Source: Carpediemonas membranifera BICM (taxonomy: Eukaryota > Protista > Fornicata). Taken from it: a stretch of DNA of 64,000 nucleotides. The stretch covers positions 372,001-436,000 of the forward strand of contig JAHDYR010000025.1 of the NCBI GenBank assembly GCA_019828565.1. The letters are read 5' to 3'. The translations under genes were made by a program, and so were the position numbers. The notes below the pieces were generated by a model that searched no databases, was not told the DNA's origin, and saw only the letters and a list, made by a program, of their open reading frames with translations. Positions 58,539-64,000 of the stretch are shown here, piece by piece (positions within the stretch are counted from its first letter, which is position 1; every line of letters begins with the position of its first letter).

Positions 58539-61272
58539 ATGCCAAACGTTTGCTCATTTGATCATCCTGAGGCTCCTAAGATTGCTATTACAGGTGGGAA
58601 AGGTGCAAATCTTGCCCGGATGTTCCAGTTTGGGCTCCCTGTGCCGAAGGGTGTTGTTGTGAGCACAAGTGCCTTCTCAGACATCGTACAAGGCCTTCCA
58701 GAGCTTCAGAAGCTCATCCGCGAGCTCCCCACTGTCAACAACGTATCCCTTGACGAGCTTGAGCCCCAATGCGCTGAGGTGCGTGCAGTCCTCGAAACCC
58801 GCCCCATCCCCGACGCCCTGCACGACGACATCCACGTCACCCTTGAGAGCTTCATCCCAAAATACGACACCAAGCGCTTTGCTGTCCGCTCCTCCGCGTC
58901 TGCCGAGGATCTACCCACGGCTTCATTCGGTTCGTACCATCCTGCACCCTCACCCAGCTGGCCAGATGGACACTTATCTCAACGTTCAGGGCCTCGAAAA
59001 CATCTCCGCCATGGTCATGCGGTGCTTTGCCTCTGCCTTCACGACCCGCGCCGTGCTTTACCGCATCGAGCAGGGGTTTGACCATACTCAGGTCGACGTC
59101 GCCGTGGTCGTCCAGCTCCTCGTCCCCTCGGAGTTCAGCGGCGTCTTGTTCACTGCTGACCCGACCACTGGTCACCGCGGCCGGGTGGTGATCGACGCCG
59201 CCCCTGGCTTGGGCGAGGCGGTCGTCTCGGGGCAGGTCAATCCCGCCCGGTACCGGTGCCTGCCAGACGGCACGATCATTGACTTCGCGGAGGGTACATT
59301 CGACGATGCCGTGGTCGCCAACGAAGGCTCGGACGGCACCCACACTGTCAAGCTTGAGTCTGGTCGGATGCCCGACGCAGTCGTCAAGGAGCTCGTGACC
59401 CACGCCAAGCGCTCAGAAGAGCTCTTCGGCCTCCCCCAGGACATCGAGTACGGCGTGAGCGAGGGCAGAGTCTTCATTCTCCAGTCGAGGGCCATCACGA
59501 CGCTCGACCCAAGGGTGGAGTGCCAAGACGAACAGCTCCGCGTGTTCATCAGCTTCAACCACGCCCAGCAGATGCTCGACCCGATGTGTCCGCTCAGCTA
59601 CAGCGTGTGGGGCTGCCTGCTGCCCTTTGGCAAGGACGTGGACGAGGGCATCGTGCCCTCCAAGCTCGTGACCCGGGCCGGACCATTTATGTACATTGAT
59701 GTAACTCCCATATTGAAGTCTAAGGCCCGCAACAAGTTTACGAACGTCATGAGCATCGCCTTGGCCGGTATGGGGCAGGCTGTTGCGGACTACATCGCCG
59801 GCGACGAGTTCACCAACGGCAACAAGCAGGTCAAGCCGCTCACCGCCAAGAGGTTCTCGAAGTTCTACCTCCCCATCATGCGTCGCGCCCTCCCCTTTGT
59901 CGTGGGGCTCAAGAAATCCGACACTATTGTCGATGACCTCGATGCCGTCATCCTCAACTTCGACAAGACCCACCCCGACCCCGTCATCCCCGACGGAGAC
60001 CTCCAGGCTGCCAGGGACGCACTTTACGACGTGTTCCGCTCTCTGAAGAAGATGTGGTCGTTCAGCTGCCAGGGCGAGGTCGGGTCCACTTTCCCCCACT
60101 TCATCGCTAGTGGTTTCCCCGCCCAGCTCATGGTCAAGAAGCTGGCCCACGACAAGACACTCGCGCAGACTGTGTTCAGTGCGAACCCCGGCAATATCAC
60201 GTCCAGAATGGATCTGATGATCTCAGACATATCTGACTCTATCAAGGTCCACGACGAGGGTTTCATATTCGACTACACGCACGCCCAGATTGAGACAGCC
60301 TTGGAGTCGGGCGAGCTTTGCGATGAGACAGTCGGGCTCATCAAAAGATTCCTCCAGATCTACTACATGCGCGGCCCCTCGGAAATCGACATTGCCCAGA
60401 AGAGATTCAGCGAGGATCTTGCCATTCTCATGTCGTTCGCCAAGCAATACGCCGGTCACGCAGTCGGTCATGCCCGCGCGCACTTTAAGGAGCTGACTGT
60501 TGCCGCGGATGCCGCCGCCGAGGAGCTGATAGCCCACTGTTCGCCCCTTAAGCGGCCTCTGATGCGCCGCATGATCCGCGTTGGGCGCCACTGCTTCGCG
60601 GCAAGAGACCACCCGAAGGTCTTCATCATGGCAGCTTCGATGCAGATCAAGCGCATCGCCCTCAGGGTTGGAATGGTGTTAGAGCAAGCCGGGTACCTTT
60701 CCCAGGCGGACGACGCCCTCTTCCTCACTGCGGAGGAGACTGTTGCCTACCTCGACGCCCTGCTCGCCGGCCCCGATCCCTCCGCCCAGGCCAAGTATCA
60801 GGCGATCGCTGACGCCAACAGGGCCGAGTACGTTCGCCTGGCCAACCACACCCCGCCCGCCGTCGTCACCAGCACGGGTGAGGCCCTCCGCCTGCCCCCC
60901 AAGCCCGCGCCCCCCGGCGCCCACGGCGGGACAGGGGTCAGCCGAGGTGTCGTCACAGCCCCGTGCGCAGTGCTCTCCAGGCCGACGGACCCGTTCCCGG
61001 CGGGCTCCATCCTTGTGACCCGGTCGACCGACCCTGCATGGACGAGCCTCTTCTCCTCGGCCAAGGGTGTCGTGCTCGAGGTGGGCGGCCTCATGACACA
61101 CGGCAGCGTGGTCGCGAGAGAGTTCGGCATTCCCGGCGTGATCCTCAGTCAGTCGGGGCCGGTTGCCCAGATTTTTAAGTCCGGCGACATCCTGACCGTT
61201 GACGGTGACAACGGTTTTGTCCGGATCGAGAGTGAGAGTGAGGCGGAGGCTGATGTCAACAACCAAGTTTAA
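58539..61272 (+). CDS. PEP-synthase-family phosphotransferase with rifampin phosphotransferase (RPH) architecture; intron 58930-58957
   Basis: GGKGANL, AVRSS..AEDL..ASF|AGQ, GLGEAVVSG, PQDIE, ILQSRAITT; the C-terminal His domain is TDPAWT.LF, EVGGLMTHG.VVARE.GIP. Confidence 0.88.
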
Positions 61273-62465
61273 TCCGTATAAATATACTGCTTCTTCAAGT
61301 TACTGAGGCACACCTGTCGCCGGAGCCGACCTGAAGACCATTGCAACCGAGATCATAGATTTCAAGGGGGCGGTAGTGTTCCCTTAGAAGCTGACGCTCG
61401 ACAACTGGGCCTGGGCTCGGTCATATGGCATTATCGGAAGCTGAACGATTCGAGGCGGATCAACACCTGTGACAGCCACCAGGAACACGTGTCCATGACC
61501 TTGCGGTACATGCGGGAGTGGACATGTACCCGTGCCAGGCTGAAGTAGAGCGCGTGTCATTCGAGGAGGCTCACTTTGACACGAGGAGTCAGCTGCAGTG
61601 GCGTGACAATATTGTGCGGTTGGCGAAAATGTTCGGTTGATAAAAGTAGACCGGGTGTGGTGTGAGCTCAGTTTGCATAAAGGTTTACCGATAACTAGTT
61701 GTGACTCACGTGGAGTCACGCAGGGTGACTTCACCACTCTCGCACTTTAAGGCCATCTTGAGTTGGGCTGCTCCGGCTACGCCTACGACACCGGGAAACA
61801 GCCTTCTGCCCAGAAGCATGGAATGCGACGGCTGCAAGCTCTGATTACTCTTATTAGTTAGAATCGATCGACTGGGTGGGGATAACTCGTGGGAAGGCAT
61901 GGAGTCCACCCGAGACTATTGTTGGTTGACCAAGGCACGCTGCGCATTTCATTCTGGGAGATCATGAGTACTCTGATAGATTCAATCCGCGCGATCCTTT
62001 AGTTTGCGTGACTTGGTGCAGAGAGCTAAAAACGTCGGGTCGGATGAGTGCTCAAGTCGTGTCAACAGATTTACACGAATGCCCAAATCTGCTCCCTGGA
62101 AGGGTCCCGACACAGATTTACAACAGTGTATTCTTCTTTGCAGGCTGAATTGGTTTGAACTAGGGTCCCCCAACCGTGTATTGAACAAGACTCTTGAACA
62201 GAACATGGCGGGAAGCCGGGTCAGCAGTGTAGATATCAGGTCGAGGAGGGACCATATCAAATGTGCCTCTGTGCGCATGCTTGGAAGTCAGAAGTCGGCT
62301 TTAAGTCCTGACGCATGGCCAGCCTCGTCACAGGTGAAATTGGGCGCCCGTCATGAAGCCATAGCCGGCACTAGGACCAATTACTCAAACACCATCATCT
62401 GCCAGACGATTTACGTGATTTATGTTGTGCTTTGCATCTGCCTTTGCGACGCTCTGCAGTGGCCC

Positions 62466-63798
62466 ATGGACATCAGCGAGCACCCTATATGCCTTAATAA
62501 CGGACATCCGAACGCTACTGTATCATGTATACGCGTTGAGCCATCCGAAGGCCAGCTAGTATGCACTGGAGGTCAGTTCTTCTTCATTCCCCTCTTATTC
62601 AGCCAGCGACGGAAGCTTATGCCTTTGGAACTATGCTGGGTTATGCCTATTCAAAACATCTGGCCATAAGCGGCCAAGGACACCCGTTGGCTGTGGCATT
62701 ACCGACATGGCATGGACGAAAGTCGCCATGATGGGCAAAACACCACTCACGCTCATGATCCTGGCCACCGCGAGTGATGATGGCACAGTGAAGCTGTGGG
62801 CTGTCCAGCACATTGCCTCCGGTGGGTTTGAACAGACCCCCTCGACGCCCCCGTCGCTCGTGCTCGTCCACACCGTTCAGGTGACGCCCACCGCCGACGC
62901 CGTGACGACAGTGGCGCTGGCAGACATGGTCAGCGAGAACAAGAAGATCCGCATTATCGCTGGCACTGCGGGCGGCGTGGTTGCCCTCCTTAGCTGCACC
63001 ATCGACGCCAACCCTTCCGCCATCTCCGGGTTCAGCGCATTCCTCGAGCCACACGGCACCGTGCACGCGCACGCTGGCATAGTGTCCTCAGTGTCGTTCG
63101 TAGGGTGTCTGGATCTGGCGATGTCGTCCGGCCACGACGGCACGATCAGGACTTGGGCTACTCTGGCCGGCAGGGGGCCCAACGCCAAGCGGGAACTCGT
63201 GGAGCGGGCGGAGGTGATATGCCCCAGACGGTGCCCGCCGGTGTCCTCCATGCTGGTGCCGCACAACGGGCTGACGATGCTCGTGTCCACGATGGACCGG
63301 CCGGCAACCCTCCGCTTGTTCAACCGGGCGAATATGAGGAAAGGAGATGACTCAAGCAGGCCACAGGACATCCCGGCGCAGGGCATGGCGGTGTGGCGCC
63401 AGCTCCCCCGCCGAATGTACACGGGCCACGTCATGGACGTCTTCCCCTGCCGGGCCGTGGCGTGTGGCATCGGAGACCTGAAGCTCATCGCTGTAGGGAC
63501 GGATGACGGACACGTGGTGTTCTACTCCGCATCACAGGGGGCGCCGACGACCCCAGTCAAGACGTTGACCGTTGTTGACCCTGAGTCATTGACTCAAACC
63601 GAGAGAGCGGAGGCTGAGAAGGCGTCTGACCGGGCTGGAGCCTTGATGATGACGGCTGTGACCTCTCTGGACATGATAGAGGCCGACCGGATGGTGGTGA
63701 ACCGGCCTCTGAAGCGGCTCGTGCTGGCTGTGGCCAACCCGAGGCTGGTCAACGGGTGCGGACAGGCGCTCCTTTATTTCATTCAGAAGGCGGAGTAG
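62466..63798 (+). CDS. WD40-repeat protein; intron 62572-62602
   Basis: Spliced CTG|ASDGSLCLWN; LATASDDGTVKLW; SSGHDGTIRTW. Confidence 0.82.
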
Positions 63799-63900
63799 AG
63801 TGGTATACGCTTGCTAACATGCTTTACAACGTAAACCAATCCCGTTATTATAATGATTGCTTTGCGTCTTATTCTGCGTGTTGACGCCGGAGACGTGAGA

Positions 63901-64000
63901 ATGAACTCGCGAAACCTCTCCAAAGATGATCTTGATGGTCTTTCCCGCGAGAATCTTATACAACTAGTGTTCGAATTGCATGCACAAGTTCGCCAGCTAG
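63901..64000 (+). CDS. Start of a possible gene running off the window
   Basis: Open frame MNSRNLSKDDLDGLSRENLIQLVFELHAQVRQL continues to the window end. Confidence 0.4.
   Translation, partial: MNSRNLSKDDLDGLSRENLIQLVFELHAQVRQL

Noticed and set aside
61364-62400. PPT-like AAGGGGGCGGTAG-TG, a small hairpin near 61702-61720 and short ORFs in a 1.1-kb gap
   Set aside because: No LTR end, partner repeat or recognisable protein motif was found; left unannotated.

Overview
This is gene-dense, GC-rich eukaryotic (protist) DNA, not prokaryotic. It has about 30 host genes with very short intergenic spacers, tiny 28-36 nt spliceosomal introns and TAAA-type 3' signals. That style is reminiscent of a free-living fornicate metamonad such as Carpediemonas (inference only). 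The left third holds three Ty3/gypsy chromovirus-type LTR retrotransposon copies from two families. Family B has 92-bp LTRs, one complete copy (16979-21623, TSD CTGCG) and one nearly identical copy (3209-7056) interrupted in gag by family A. Family A carries, between pol and its 3' LTR, an antisense accessory gene that appears to be spliced and ends in a second, degenerate chromodomain; this is the top candidate for a novel system. Other highlights are: a membrane-anchored UDP-galactopyranose mutase-DUF707 tandem fusion with a 1420-bp identical internal repeat; a PH-domain gene needing a 2-nt microexon; a GT-AT intron candidate in CIA2B/MIP18; an intron-bearing rifampin-phosphotransferase-like enzyme; a bacterial-type glutamine synthetase; a MACPF protein; and a 576-bp inverted duplication flanking EB1. 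All family assignments come from motifs recognised by eye; no database searches were run.
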